NCBI GenBank assembly: GCA_964106915.2
Contig: OZ066924.1
DNA length: 64,000 nucleotides
Source: Podarcis gaigeae
Taxonomy: Eukaryota
Strand: one strand, 5' to 3'
Below, in pieces: positions 39,601 to 49,003 of this stretch (the first letter of the stretch is position 1; each line of letters opens with the position of its first letter). A program made the translations under genes and the position numbers. Under the pieces are notes generated by a model. The model did not search any database. It saw only the letters and a list, made by a program, of their open reading frames with translations, and had not been told where the DNA came from.

Positions 39601-39645
39601 CACAAAAAATCTAGGAATTTCGCCTTCTGTTGCAGTAACAGACAT
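3605..39645 (-). CDS. PPIP5K2: PPIP5K2 multi-exon coding span (bifunctional InsP6/PP-InsP5 kinase, ATP-grasp kinase plus histidine acid phosphatase-like domain); the 3' end is uncertain
   Basis: Spliced translation starts [41 protein letters not shown] and includes [21 protein letters not shown] and [19 protein letters not shown]. Exon phases are consistent throughout. GIN1 is the head-to-head neighbour, as in mammals. Confidence 0.97.
4149..4268 (-). CDS. PPIP5K2: PPIP5K2 exon (120 nt)
   Basis: [40 protein letters not shown]|gtaagt; [10 protein letters not shown] matches the mammalian sequence as I recall it. Confidence 0.9.
5835..5984 (-). CDS. PPIP5K2: PPIP5K2 exon (150 nt)
   Basis: [50 protein letters not shown]. 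Confidence 0.92.
7909..7968 (-). CDS. PPIP5K2: Candidate 60-nt PPIP5K2 cassette exon ([20 protein letters not shown])
   Basis: ctgac branch-like motif, gcag acceptor, GTG|gtatgt donor, phase 1-1, no stop codon. Confidence 0.6.
8822..9124 (-). mobile_element. L2 LINE 3' fragment
   Basis: Near-identical to 42596-42978 (aaacattaaaagcttccctaaacagggctgcc...gaaggccctctgcctggttccctgtaac). Confidence 0.8.
9963..10025 (-). CDS. PPIP5K2: PPIP5K2 cassette exon (63 nt)
   Basis: [21 protein letters not shown]; tttttctctttctcag and gtatgt boundaries. Confidence 0.93.
10832..10951 (-). CDS. PPIP5K2: PPIP5K2 exon (120 nt)
   Basis: [40 protein letters not shown]. Confidence 0.95.
11952..12261. mobile_element. 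Tc1/mariner(pogo)-type MITE, ~310 bp
   Basis: TIRs CTGTATTGGCATGAATATAAG and CTTATATTCGGGCCAACACGG; TA on both flanks; internal repeats of gcttatatt. Confidence 0.75.
13107..13176 (-). CDS. PPIP5K2: PPIP5K2 exon (70 nt)
   Basis: [23 protein letters not shown], resembling mammalian ..RTPRTLVEQKQ..; tag/gtacgt boundaries. Confidence 0.88.
13468..13491 (-). CDS. PPIP5K2: Candidate 24-nt PPIP5K2 microexon (AQFRSVHL)
   Basis: Very long pyrimidine tract ending in cag, TTG|gtaaac donor, phase 0-0 matching its neighbours. Confidence 0.6.
14543..14706. other. Assembly gap (164 N)
   Basis: Run of n characters. Confidence 1.
14707..14753 (-). CDS. PPIP5K2: PPIP5K2 exon ([15 protein letters not shown]...), 3' part lost in the N gap
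   Basis: Acceptor cacttccag followed by GAAGAGAGCCCCCTGAGTGTGTCT; runs into Ns at 14706. Confidence 0.9.
17593..17766 (-). CDS. PPIP5K2: PPIP5K2 coding exon 23 (174 nt)
   Basis: [17 protein letters not shown]...[23 protein letters not shown]|gtaagt. Confidence 0.93.
19006..19122 (-). CDS. PPIP5K2: PPIP5K2 coding exon 22 (117 nt)
   Basis: [39 protein letters not shown]. Confidence 0.96.
19203..19310 (-). CDS. PPIP5K2: PPIP5K2 coding exon 21 (108 nt)
   Basis: [36 protein letters not shown]; AAG acceptor. Confidence 0.94.
20311..20425 (-). CDS. PPIP5K2: PPIP5K2 coding exon 20 (115 nt)
   Basis: [38 protein letters not shown]. Confidence 0.96.
21161..21288 (-). CDS. PPIP5K2: PPIP5K2 coding exon 19 (128 nt)
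   Basis: [43 protein letters not shown]. Confidence 0.95.
22235..22458 (-). CDS. PPIP5K2: PPIP5K2 coding exon 18 (224 nt)
   Basis: [46 protein letters not shown]...LADIVIPQ. Confidence 0.96.
23140..23281 (-). CDS. PPIP5K2: PPIP5K2 coding exon 17 (142 nt)
   Basis: [47 protein letters not shown]. Confidence 0.95.
23542..23873. mobile_element. Fold-back element/MITE with ~85-bp imperfect TIRs
   Basis: actgggttgggtaatcatcatgagctatga..agcagaattgtggga pairs with ttccgcagttctgct..tcatagctcatgattattacccagcccagt. Confidence 0.7.
24538..24720 (-). CDS. PPIP5K2: PPIP5K2 coding exon 16 (183 nt)
   Basis: [61 protein letters not shown]. Confidence 0.96.
25103..25830. mobile_element. Composite of degraded GC-rich DNA-transposon remnants (hAT-like CAGGGG.. 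end)
   Basis: caggggtcatcaacc start, GC-rich block in an AT-rich intron; families not resolved. Confidence 0.4.
25989..26110 (-). CDS. PPIP5K2: PPIP5K2 coding exon 15 (122 nt)
   Basis: [41 protein letters not shown]. Confidence 0.96.
26218..26343 (-). CDS. PPIP5K2: PPIP5K2 coding exon 14 (126 nt)
   Basis: [42 protein letters not shown]. Confidence 0.96.
27382..27467 (-). CDS. PPIP5K2: PPIP5K2 coding exon 13 (86 nt)
   Basis: [28 protein letters not shown]. Confidence 0.95.
27549..27576. repeat. (GT)n microsatellite
   Basis: Seen directly. Confidence 0.95.
28692..28801 (-). CDS. PPIP5K2: PPIP5K2 coding exon 12 (110 nt)
   Basis: [37 protein letters not shown]. Confidence 0.95.
28891..28966 (-). 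CDS. PPIP5K2: PPIP5K2 coding exon 11 (76 nt), GC donor
   Basis: [25 protein letters not shown]|gcaagt. Confidence 0.93.
29110..29207 (+). mobile_element. L2 3' tail
   Basis: ggaagccacccagagtggctggggaagcccagccagatgggcgggatataaat followed by (CAT)n; reverse complement of 42600-42650. Confidence 0.75.
30127..30213 (-). CDS. PPIP5K2: PPIP5K2 coding exon 10 (87 nt), phosphatase RHGxRxP motif
   Basis: [29 protein letters not shown]. Confidence 0.96.
30454..30555 (-). CDS. PPIP5K2: PPIP5K2 coding exon 9 (102 nt)
   Basis: [34 protein letters not shown]. Confidence 0.96.
31227..31336. mobile_element. ~110-bp palindromic MITE (related copies at ~1420-1535, 13760-13865, 23892-24004)
   Basis: Left half is the reverse complement of the right half (agtcctactcag..tgaaattaatgaacctga / tcaggttcattaacttca..aataggact). 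Confidence 0.75.
31410..31531 (-). CDS. PPIP5K2: PPIP5K2 coding exon 8 (122 nt)
   Basis: [41 protein letters not shown], containing the kinase DVNGFSFVK motif. Confidence 0.96.
32891..33052 (-). CDS. PPIP5K2: PPIP5K2 coding exon 7 (162 nt)
   Basis: [54 protein letters not shown]; AAG acceptor. Confidence 0.96.
34296..34397 (-). CDS. PPIP5K2: PPIP5K2 coding exon 6 (102 nt)
   Basis: [34 protein letters not shown]. Confidence 0.96.
35343..35497 (-). CDS. PPIP5K2: PPIP5K2 coding exon 5 (155 nt)
   Basis: [52 protein letters not shown]. Confidence 0.96.
35614..35699 (-). CDS. PPIP5K2: PPIP5K2 coding exon 4 (86 nt)
   Basis: [28 protein letters not shown]; AG/GT boundaries. Confidence 0.95.
36434..36524 (-). 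CDS. PPIP5K2: PPIP5K2 coding exon 3 (91 nt)
   Basis: [31 protein letters not shown]; AG/GT boundaries. Confidence 0.96.
37352..37722 (-). mobile_element. Sauria SINE, near full length
   Basis: aaggtaaaggtaaagg tail, gtcatgtggccagcatgac core, tRNA-like head. Confidence 0.9.
37993..38022. repeat. (AAAC)n microsatellite
   Basis: Seen directly. Confidence 0.95.
38050..38245 (-). CDS. PPIP5K2: PPIP5K2 coding exon 2 (196 nt)
   Basis: [22 protein letters not shown]...ISFHSK; AG/GT boundaries. Confidence 0.96.
39156..39251. repeat. Tandem duplication, period 55 bp
   Basis: ttcttaatattgcaattatgaaactttgg..ctcttctaaa occurs twice. Confidence 0.9.
39505..39645 (-). CDS. PPIP5K2: PPIP5K2 coding exon 1 (whole exon 39505-39904 including 259 nt of 5'UTR)
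   Basis: [17 protein letters not shown]...EDDEYDS; donor gtatgt; acceptor ttttctctcttttaccag at 39905. Confidence 0.93.
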
Positions 39646-42557
39646 GATTACAAATCCTAAAAAGATCTACGTAGAAACGGCAGTCACTCTGAGAACTGAG
39701 ACACTGTACATAATTCCCAGTGGCTAGGGTAATAAAAATCCTTGCCGTCTGGCACTGCTTACGCAGTTGCTTGTTACTCTGATAAAGTCAGCTGCCAAGT
39801 GCAGTTTAATTGATATCATCTGTCCATTGTTTCGAGTTGTTACATTCGTGAAGAAGAAGCATGCAGGTTACCGCTTCCCTGAGATACTTTGGCAAATTTC
39901 TACCCTGGTAAAAGAGAGAAAAGTAAAAAGATTGAAAATATTCCTTACTGTAATGAGTTACTGAGAGATATTCAAGATAACCTACCTAGAAATACTCAAC
40001 TTACTGTAAAATTTAAAGCTATTATTCACAATAGCCAAGCAATACAAAGCACCAAAAATAAAATTTATATTGAAAGATAAACATGTAAACAAAGTGGAAG
40101 TGTCATTTAACAGGCTGAATCATATCCACTTATTGCTCCTGAGAACTATGGAAGTAGAAAAACAAGAGTCATCTGGGAATGGTAGACAAAGAGAAAAAGC
40201 AATGCAGAAACATAATGTCGTATTTTACCACGTTCAGTAACAAAGTGGTAACAGCATTTGTGAGTAAACCTAAATTGCAAATTGAGTCATTTGTGTTCCA
40301 GGCTTCCCCCCCCCCCCCCCGTCCTCCAACAAATACAAACACTATGCAATAGCAAAACTAGGGGCTAAAAGTTTAACAAATTTAAAGTCACAACATTTGT
40401 TTATCTAGAAGCGTCATGGCTGACTAACTAGAAGTAGTCTCTGAGATAAGGCACAGTTCTGCTCTCACTACTCCCCATGTTGCTATAGCTATATCCACCA
40501 ACTGAATCCCTTACACGATACAACAACCTTAATCCACTGGGGATCTAGCAAATGGAATATGGATTGTAGCTTCATAGTTCCTCTGAAGGAAAATGCACTG
40601 TGGCTAGGAGCCTGAAGATATGCTCCAAAATGTTACCAAGTTGCTAAACAAATTCTCAGGACTTAGGGAACCTACAACATCCAAGGCAATAAAAAATGAT
40701 TCAAAGTGGGGTGCAGGGAGAAAAGCAAAGGAAATAAAACTAAACTGCAGTCAATTTCCAGCTCAAGCAGGGAGGAGACTAACAGCCCTATGGTTTGCCA
40801 TGCATGACTCAGGCCAATGCAGCTGGGAGAAGGCAATAAAGTGTAACATGAATTTAATGAGAAGGGATTTAATATCCTTCAAAAGGTAAAAGGATTTTAT
40901 AATCCAAGAAAGTAGAACATCCCAGTCATAAATGAATGCATCACTACAGAACAACTGGCTCTGACAGCTCTTCTGTTGAGTTATTTATAGCCTGGTGAGG
41001 ATAAAGTTTTTTCTAGGGGCCAATGTCCATGCATTTCCTCACATAAACCTTGCATGTTTTTTAAACCAGAACCTCATAGGTTTCATCGCTTGTTCTTAAT
41101 TTGACAGAAAGCAGTGGTATAGTTTCTGATGTCAACCAAATCTTGTACCAGTTTCAGTAGGGCATAAAGTAGTATTTTGACAGGCTAACATGGTCCAACC
41201 CAAAATTTCTGGAAACATTTGAAGAGCACCTATTTCAACACACACACACATATGATCATGTTACAATTATTATGAATATTTACTGAAAAATAGGTCACAC
41301 TGATTTAAGTTGTGTGCAACAGGATCACATAAGGGATTTGCTGCCCACACTTCATACTGCCCTTTAGTTTCCTCACCTTTTCCTAAGGACATATGACAGA
41401 TTTCAAACTCTATCTTGTATTTACAGTCCATGGAACTGCCCTTGTTGAGCCATGAAAAATGTTTTTCTTCCAGCCAAAGCTATCTCCCACCTCTTTCACA
41501 AAACATCATGAACTGCTTGTCAACATTCCACAACTGACTTTTCCTCCTCTGCACTTAAGAATGTTCATAAAATACTCTGGGATATTCAGAAACTAAGCCA
41601 ACGGAATGATAGGGGAAGGAACCCTTGCATATGTAACATAATGCCAAACTCACTCAAACTAGGGAGGAAATGAAGTAATTGAAGAATGCAAGAAAAGAAG
41701 AGCGAGGGTCACGGGATGCTCCCAATCTTCCAACTATGGCTTGTAGGATCAGAAACATGATATCTGAACTAAGTTATTTCTATAAGATGTTATGTTTATT
41801 TCCAGTTTTTAAATATTCCATGGCATGGAAAAATATCTATAGATTGGGGCAAAAAATACATAACAGATCCACAGATTGGTCTGAAAATTGATGGCAAAGG
41901 AAATAAAAACATGTGGTTAGAAATGCTTTCAGTGTTATTTATCAGAATCTATTATTTTGGTATTTGAAATCCAGCTACTTGTACAGTTCAAAAGTTATGT
42001 ACTATATTTATTTGCTTCTAGTAGTACAACAGTACATTTCCCCCCCTACCACCTTTTAAGTCCATCACTGGACAACTGGTGTCAAGGAATTTTACTGAGT
42101 GTAGATACATAGTTTAGCAGCATAAAGGATGAGGTCAATAAAGCTCCAAGGACAATATTTATTAGGTCACTGATAATGCCTAACCAACAGAGGGAAACAC
42201 TACAAGAAAGGATTTATGTAGGAGTAATTAAAAGAAATATAATAAAACAGACAATAAAATCTGATATTGATATGGATTGAAGGAAGGAATAATTAAATAT
42301 CTAGGGTCCAAATACTGTCAATTAATGCAAGTGCCCAAGGTAGTAACTCTTCTTCTTCTTCTTACCTTTTAACATTTTCTAGTAGTGTTAGGCATTATCA
42401 GTGACTAGGGATGTAAATTAAGGAACTGGAGTTGCGGGGAGAAAATCTGTATTTTTCTGACCAACTCACTAAAATTGGCACTTTTACAATATTTTTAAAG
42501 TTAACATCCTATTTAATAAAAATGTATTATAGATCAGTCAATGATTTGAAATAACAA

Positions 42558-42594
42558 CTTCTTCTTCTTCTTCTTCTTCTTCTACTACTACTAT
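42558..42594. repeat. (CTT)n(CTA)n microsatellite at an L2 tail
   Basis: Seen directly. Confidence 0.9.
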
Positions 42595-42595
42595 A

Positions 42596-42978
42596 TTATT
42601 TATACCCCACCCATCTGGATGGCTTTCCCCAGCCACTCTGGGCGGCTTCGAACAAAATATTAAAATACAATAGTCCATCAAACATTAAAAGCTTCCCTAA
42701 ACAGGGCTGCCCCCAGATGTCTTCTAAAAGTCTGGTAGTTGTTTTTCTCTTTGACATCTGGTGGGAGCGCGTTCCACAGGGCGGGCGCCACTACCAAGAA
42801 GGCCCTCTGCCTGGTTCCCTGTAACTTGGCTTCTTGCAGCGAAGGAACCACCAGAAGGCCCTTGGTGCTGGACCTCAGTGTCTGGGCAGAACAATGGGGG
42901 TGGAGATGCTCCTTCAGGTATACCGTTTAGGGCTTTAAAGGTCAGCACCAACACTTTGAATTGTGCTTGGAAACGTAC
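42596..42978 (-). mobile_element. L2 LINE 3' end with simple-repeat tail
   Basis: Minus-strand RT C-terminal remnant (AQFKVLVLTFKALNG); same family as 8822-9124. Confidence 0.82.
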
Positions 42979-44655
42979 TTCAGCCCACTTTATAGCCCTC
43001 CAACCAGAAAACAAAAGATTCTCAGAATAAAAATCACATTCAAGCCTGAGATGAGGTATAAAAATAACATTGTGTTCCTATGACATCAGAATTATTCATA
43101 TGGCATTTCTTCCTCTATTCCTTCCCCCCGCCCCAGCATCAACTTTCAGCCTCTACCTATTAAGCAACAAACTGATGACCTCTGAGGCATCGGGCCATTA
43201 TGGAGGCATACTTTTCCTTTCTTGTAGTTGGCAGCAACAGCTCCCACTAAGGACCTCTGAGACAAGGGAAATGGGGTGAGTAGCTAAAATGCACTCAGTC
43301 CACCATGGTAAAGACAACTCTTCCTTTTAAACCAAAGTGATGAGATATACAAGTAGAACTTCACTTGCACTGCTTTGACCTTCCTCTCGCAACTCCTTGT
43401 AACCCCTCCCCACAAAGGTTTCTCTGGAGGTTTGGGGGACATTCTGGAACATTAAATGATCTGGCACAGTTAGTTGTAGTAGGGTAAAATTGGCAGAAAT
43501 CAGATGGGAAGCTGTATTCATGGAGAACTGCCTCCTGTTCACACAAATCATTCTCTGGGTGCCAACCATAATTAAAATCAACCTCATAAGAATCTAGATT
43601 TGAAGTATCAGAACCTCCTTTCAGTGGAAAAGACCTGATGCATCTATGGATAGACTGGACACCACATCCATACAATGGCTTTCCGTGCAGTGCTGAATCT
43701 CTGTTCTTTCCCTGACCACCTTCACCTCCTCCAAACTTTAATTGTACTTCTGCTACAATCAACTTCACAGCCCTCTTTTCACTGTAAAGTACCAAATAAA
43801 ACAACAAGAAAGTCCCAACAACAACACTGGACAACGCTTCACTGTTTTCACACACTACTTTAACCCCCTCTCCCCAACAAAAATAGTATTATCAACCCCG
43901 CGTTGAAGATCTGGTATAACCCAAGGTTCTCTTAGCCTCTGCAGAATGAATGCAATAATGATGTGACTTATCCGAACTGGTATTAATTAATTTTTAAAAG
44001 TTTACAAACTCTGAAAAATCACATTTTTGTATGAGATAAGAGCAGTGAAAGCTTGTCTTTGGTACTATCTATTGTTTTGACTTTAAGCCTCAAATCCCCA
44101 ATCTCAGCTATACTGAAATCATGAATTTTAGTTTTCTGTGAGGCTGCAACACTTCACCAGAGAAGACCAGCATAAAAGACTTTAAAATGGACCAAGGAAT
44201 TATGTTTCTTGATTTTAGACAATGGGTGTTTCATTCTAGCCTTTTTTTTCTTATTAGTTAGATATGCTTTCCTAAATGTCAGTAATGACTATGACTTCAT
44301 CGTCTAAAAACACTGAATGGCAGGAGAAGGCTTGTTTCTCACAAAACCAATGAGAATAGCGGCTGCTTGTTTGGTCCCACAAATGCTAGAAATATACTTT
44401 AAAAAAAATGAAAGCTGGGAATCAAGGGATTGTAGCTCTTCCTCTCCACAGATGTCCATGTAAGGGACCTTTATTGTTCTGATAGTGTTGATACTGCCAC
44501 AGATGAGAAGCACTGCTAGTTAGAAGGATCACTACTTAACAAACATTTCAAAACAATATTCGTTTAAATAATCCCACCAAAACAAATGAGGCAGAAAATT
44601 TTACAACTTCAGAAATGTATATTATACAATTGCCCAGAACATGTTATTCTCTTAC

Positions 44656-44777
44656 CGTGAGTTAAAGTGGAAAGCTGAACTATGTAGAAACCAAAAGCCA
44701 CAAAACAGCATATTTGCTAAAGAGTTCCCTCTTCAGTTAGTTCTAGCACTGGACAGTGCTCATCATCAGTTCACCTC
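44656..44777 (-). other. PPIP5K2: Candidate PPIP5K2 non-coding 5'UTR exon (122 nt)
   Basis: Acceptor tctttcttttatcctag and donor ACG|gtaaga within intron 1. Confidence 0.5.
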
Positions 44778-46384
44778 CTAGGATAAAAGAAAGATTCAGA
44801 CATGAATAGGTTTCTGTTGTGATCAAGGACAAGACAGCACATATATGCAAAAGTAGATTATGGGAAGATACAATATTGTAAGATACAGTAGCGATTTTTT
44901 AAAAAATCAGCTTAATCCTACACACAATTACTCAGGACCAAGTCTCAGATAGTACCCTTAGTAATATTGTTCTGAGTAATCGTACATGTGATTGGCTTGT
45001 AAGAAAGAAACATTAATTGGAGTTTGAAACTGAAGCTGGAGACTGAATATGAATCAAAGCTGGAAAACATATTAATTTCAAGGTCTATATAAACACGTCC
45101 AAAGAGGGATTTATTATTTATAGTGACATACTACATGCACAGAACTAAAGGTCATGTCTTACAAAGCATTGTATGTTTATTGCTTTTCAATGCATTCTAT
45201 CTTAAACAGGATAAGAATAAGGTATCTGCAGGGCATCCAAGGGGTCTTAGGATATTGTGGCCTCTCTCTCTGCTGGTAGAGAATGAGGTCCATCCTGGAG
45301 ACATCTTCATTGCAGCCACGGGAACACCTGAAACCATCTCTTACACAATAGGGGGTAAATCAAGCAAGCCCTGTAGTTGTCCATTTCCACAACAATGGAA
45401 ATATACACCAATCCTGCAGCCACTGCTCTGGATTTTTCCATTCTTCTGCCACAAATTCCACTGCTCTGCTCCAACCCAACTGAAGCATGTTTTCTGATAA
45501 ATTCCACTAAATTGAATGAGATTTACTGTCAAGTGCATACAATTCAGCTATACATGTGGTTAATGCTGAAAAATAATTTCCCAGAAGTGGTTCCTTACAA
45601 ATATCTGCCGCCTCACTCTCAGATCACATATCAAAATGCCAGAACTAAGAATATATCTAAATAATAAATATTTGCACCTGAATGGCCAAACACAAAAGCT
45701 GTTAAGCCTACCATAAACACAAAGTAAATAATATTGCCATTTGTCAATTCCAGTTTTTTAAAAAAATAATCTGCCCTTGCTCCATGAGAACTGCATTTCC
45801 CTTCTTTCTGTTTGTTGACATGATAGTAAATTCAACTATTTTTTTGTTTTCTTTTAAAATTTAAAAACCCTTCACATCTTCAGATAAACAAACAAACTAT
45901 TTATTATTTAGAAGTATTTATACCCAACATTCTAACCAAATTTTTTGAGGTGGCTTACAGTATATTTAAAACATAATAAAATAGACGTTGCTACAATAGT
46001 CACCACAGGAAGACAAAGGTATATTTAAGTTCCTCTTCTTGTTCTCCAACTTTCCAAAATAATAATAATATGTATTTCTGCAGCTGAATCTACTGGCCTA
46101 GAACTGACTGTTTAAGCCTCTAGATGTTAGTTCCAGCCAGGCCAGGACTTCCACACTGGGTGGTTGCTGTTTATTACTCACCTAGTCCCAGACATGGTAA
46201 CAAAAGCAGGTGGTGCTGGGGAGCAAAATTGTTACATGCCTGCCACCCTTCAATTATTTTCTCTTTTAGCTTTAATGAGATCCTAAACATATTTTGGATT
46301 AATTAGGTCTGATGAAATTACCATGTTTTTTTTATTCTACTCTCACTCAAACCTAACGAACCTCTTTAATTGGATTAGCAGCAT

Positions 46385-47390
46385 ATATTGTATACCACCC
46401 TTCGTCCGCAGATCACAGGACTGTTCACAACATAAAAATACAAAATGAGAATGCAAAATACATAATAAAACAAAAACAGAACACAAAGTATGCAATAAAA
46501 CAAAAATAAACCAATAGTACCCCTTCTACACTGTGGGTTAACCACACACGCTGTGGGTTAAACCACAGAGCCTAGCACTTGCCAATCAGAAGGTCGACAG
46601 TTCGAATCCCCGCAACGGGGTGAGCTCCCATTGCTCGGTCCCTGCTCCTGCCAACCTAGCAGTTCGAAAGCACGTCAAAGTGCAAGTAGATAAATAGGAA
46701 CTGCTCTGGCGGGAAGGTAAACGGCGTTTCCGTGCGCTGCTCTGGTTCGCCAGAAGCGGCTTAGTCATGCTGGCCACATGACCCGGAAGCTGTACGCCGG
46801 CTCCCTCGGCCAATAAAGCGAGATGAGCGCCGCAACCCAAGAGTCGGTCACGGCTGGACGTAATGGTCAGGGGTCCCTTTACCTTTACCCCTTCCTACAA
46901 ACGTATTTGACAGGCCACAGAATGCTAATCAGCCAAAGAACTGCTTAGAGAGAAACTTTTTTGCCTGGAGCCTAAATATATGTAATAAAGGTACCAGGCG
47001 AGCCTCCCAGGGGTGAGCATTCCACAAACAGGGGGCATTGCAGAAAAGGCCTGTTCTTGTGTTGCCACCCTCCAGACTTCTCATGGAGGAGATACACGAA
47101 GAAGGGGTACAGATGAAGTTTGCAAGGTCTGGTTAGGTTCAGATGGAGAGAGGCGGTCCTTGAGGTATTGCAGTCCTGAGCGGTTTAAGGCTTTATAGGT
47201 CAAAACCAGCACTTTGAATTGGTCCTGGAAACCTAAATTGGCAGCCAGTGCAGTCGAGCCAGGATCAGTGTAATATGCTCAAACCGTCTTGCTGTGGTGA
47301 GTGAGCAACCCAGCCACTGAAATTCTGCACCAGCAGAAGTTTTTGAACTGTCTTCAGAGGCAGCCCTATGCATAACATGTTGCAGTGATC
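46385..47390 (-). mobile_element. L2-like LINE 3' fragment interrupted by a Sauria SINE
   Basis: gcattccacaaacaggggg..aaaaggcc..gtttaaggctttataggtcaaaaccagcactttgaattgg. Confidence 0.7.
46549..46889 (+). mobile_element. Sauria SINE, young and near full length
   Basis: B-box GTTCGAATCC, intact CpGs, CCTTTACCTTTAC tail, imperfect TSD taccccttc(c)taca. Confidence 0.93.
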
Positions 47391-48865
47391 TATATGACTT
47401 TATTTGTAAAACAAACTTGTATCATTCTAGTTTCACATTACCTTGACACCACAATGAAACTGCAACTGTAGATACATTTGTTCTCCTTTTTGCAGAATTA
47501 GGCAATTTAATATAAAAAGAACATAAACCTTTAGTTACTTCAAGAGCAAATCTAAATGAATGTTATTATAATAAAGAAGAAGAGTAATCCTGCTGGCTTT
47601 GTTAACAGCTCAAAAGGCATTGTTAGTAAGTGTTGAAACTATTTTCATGGTTTGCACACTTTACAAAAAACTTAAGTCTGAAAGGCAGCCTGCTCAAGGT
47701 CATTTGGTTCTGTTTAAAATAGATGTGCTGATGGAAACTACAGCAAGGAAGCTTGCAGGAGGAGCACATGCAATAGTTATCTGAACTCTAGATATGCAGC
47801 AGAAATCTTCATGTTTGTTAATATGTTAATCCCATTGTTTTTAAAGATGTTATTTGTACCTGTTGTTATGTAACTAATTCTTTGCTATATGTTTCAATTT
47901 TTAAACTAGCTATTTAAGCTTGTTTCGCAAGGAGACACACAGTTTTCCTGGAACATAAACACACATTGCATACAACTAAATTATACCCAGAAGGGACTCA
48001 TGGAAATTATGGAGCTAAATATGTCACATCCATGAGTTTCAGTGAGGCTGCTCTGAGTAGGGCCAACACTGGACAGACTTTAGAAGAAGACAGATGGCAA
48101 CAGGGACTTAATCTATTTGAAACTCGGAAGCATGAGAAGTAACTCTGTAACACTATTCCCAAAGACAGTTCTACATAATCCAAGTAGAAACAAGGTTTCA
48201 CATCTATTGCATTCTTTTTGTCACTGTCATACTTTCATGTTTATCCTTTGCTTCTAGACTAGTCATCATATGGTCTAATATTTCTGCTACCTATGGTTAC
48301 AATCCTAAATATATTTATGGTACAACCCTAATCATCTCCATTCAGAAGCAAATTCTATTGAATTCCTTGTGGCTTTCTCCCAGGTAAGTGGGTTTAAGTT
48401 TTGCACCTTTAACTTGCCAGTAAATCCTGAAAAAGACGGGGCTTACTTTTAAGCCAACATAGTAGGGATGAAACTGCAATACCTCCCTTTTATAGCTTGA
48501 TCCAATGCAGAATTAGGTGTGCTTAAACTCACATCTATTTAAAATAGCTTAGGGTCACCTAACTCTGTAACTTATCAGGCTGTTAATTTGATCTCTATTT
48601 GTTGTGCAAATGGCCTTCCTTCATCATCTCTTAACAACCAGCCTAAATATACCTGAGTCAACGGCTCTCTCAGACTTAATACACTTCAATGCCATTAATG
48701 AGTTCTGAAAAAAATTATTTACTTTAATGCATCAAGCTCAAGTATACCAGGTACCCTTTCCACGTCACTTGATGTCTTGAAAATGTCCTTGCCATAACAG
48801 TTAGAAAGTAGCTTACAGTGGACTGCAGAAAGACACGTATCAGCAGTGTTGCTTCCCACCCCCCT

Positions 48866-49003
48866 TCAGTTGGTAGAGCATGAGACTCTTAATCTCGGAG
48901 TCATGAAATTGAGCCCCACATTGGGCAAAAGATTCCTGCATTTGAGGGGGTTTGACTAGGTGATCCTCAGAGTCCCTTCCAACTCTACACTTTTATAATT
49001 CTA
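48866..49003 (+). mobile_element. tRNA-Lys(CTT)-derived SINE with CR1-like tail
   Basis: tcagttggtagagcatgagactcttaatctc..gagccccacattgggc followed by gtcccttccaactcta. Confidence 0.8.

Noticed and set aside
48866-48927. tRNA-Lys gene
   Set aside because: Lacks the 5' acceptor stem, has a degenerate B-box and is fused to a CR1-like tail, so it is a SINE
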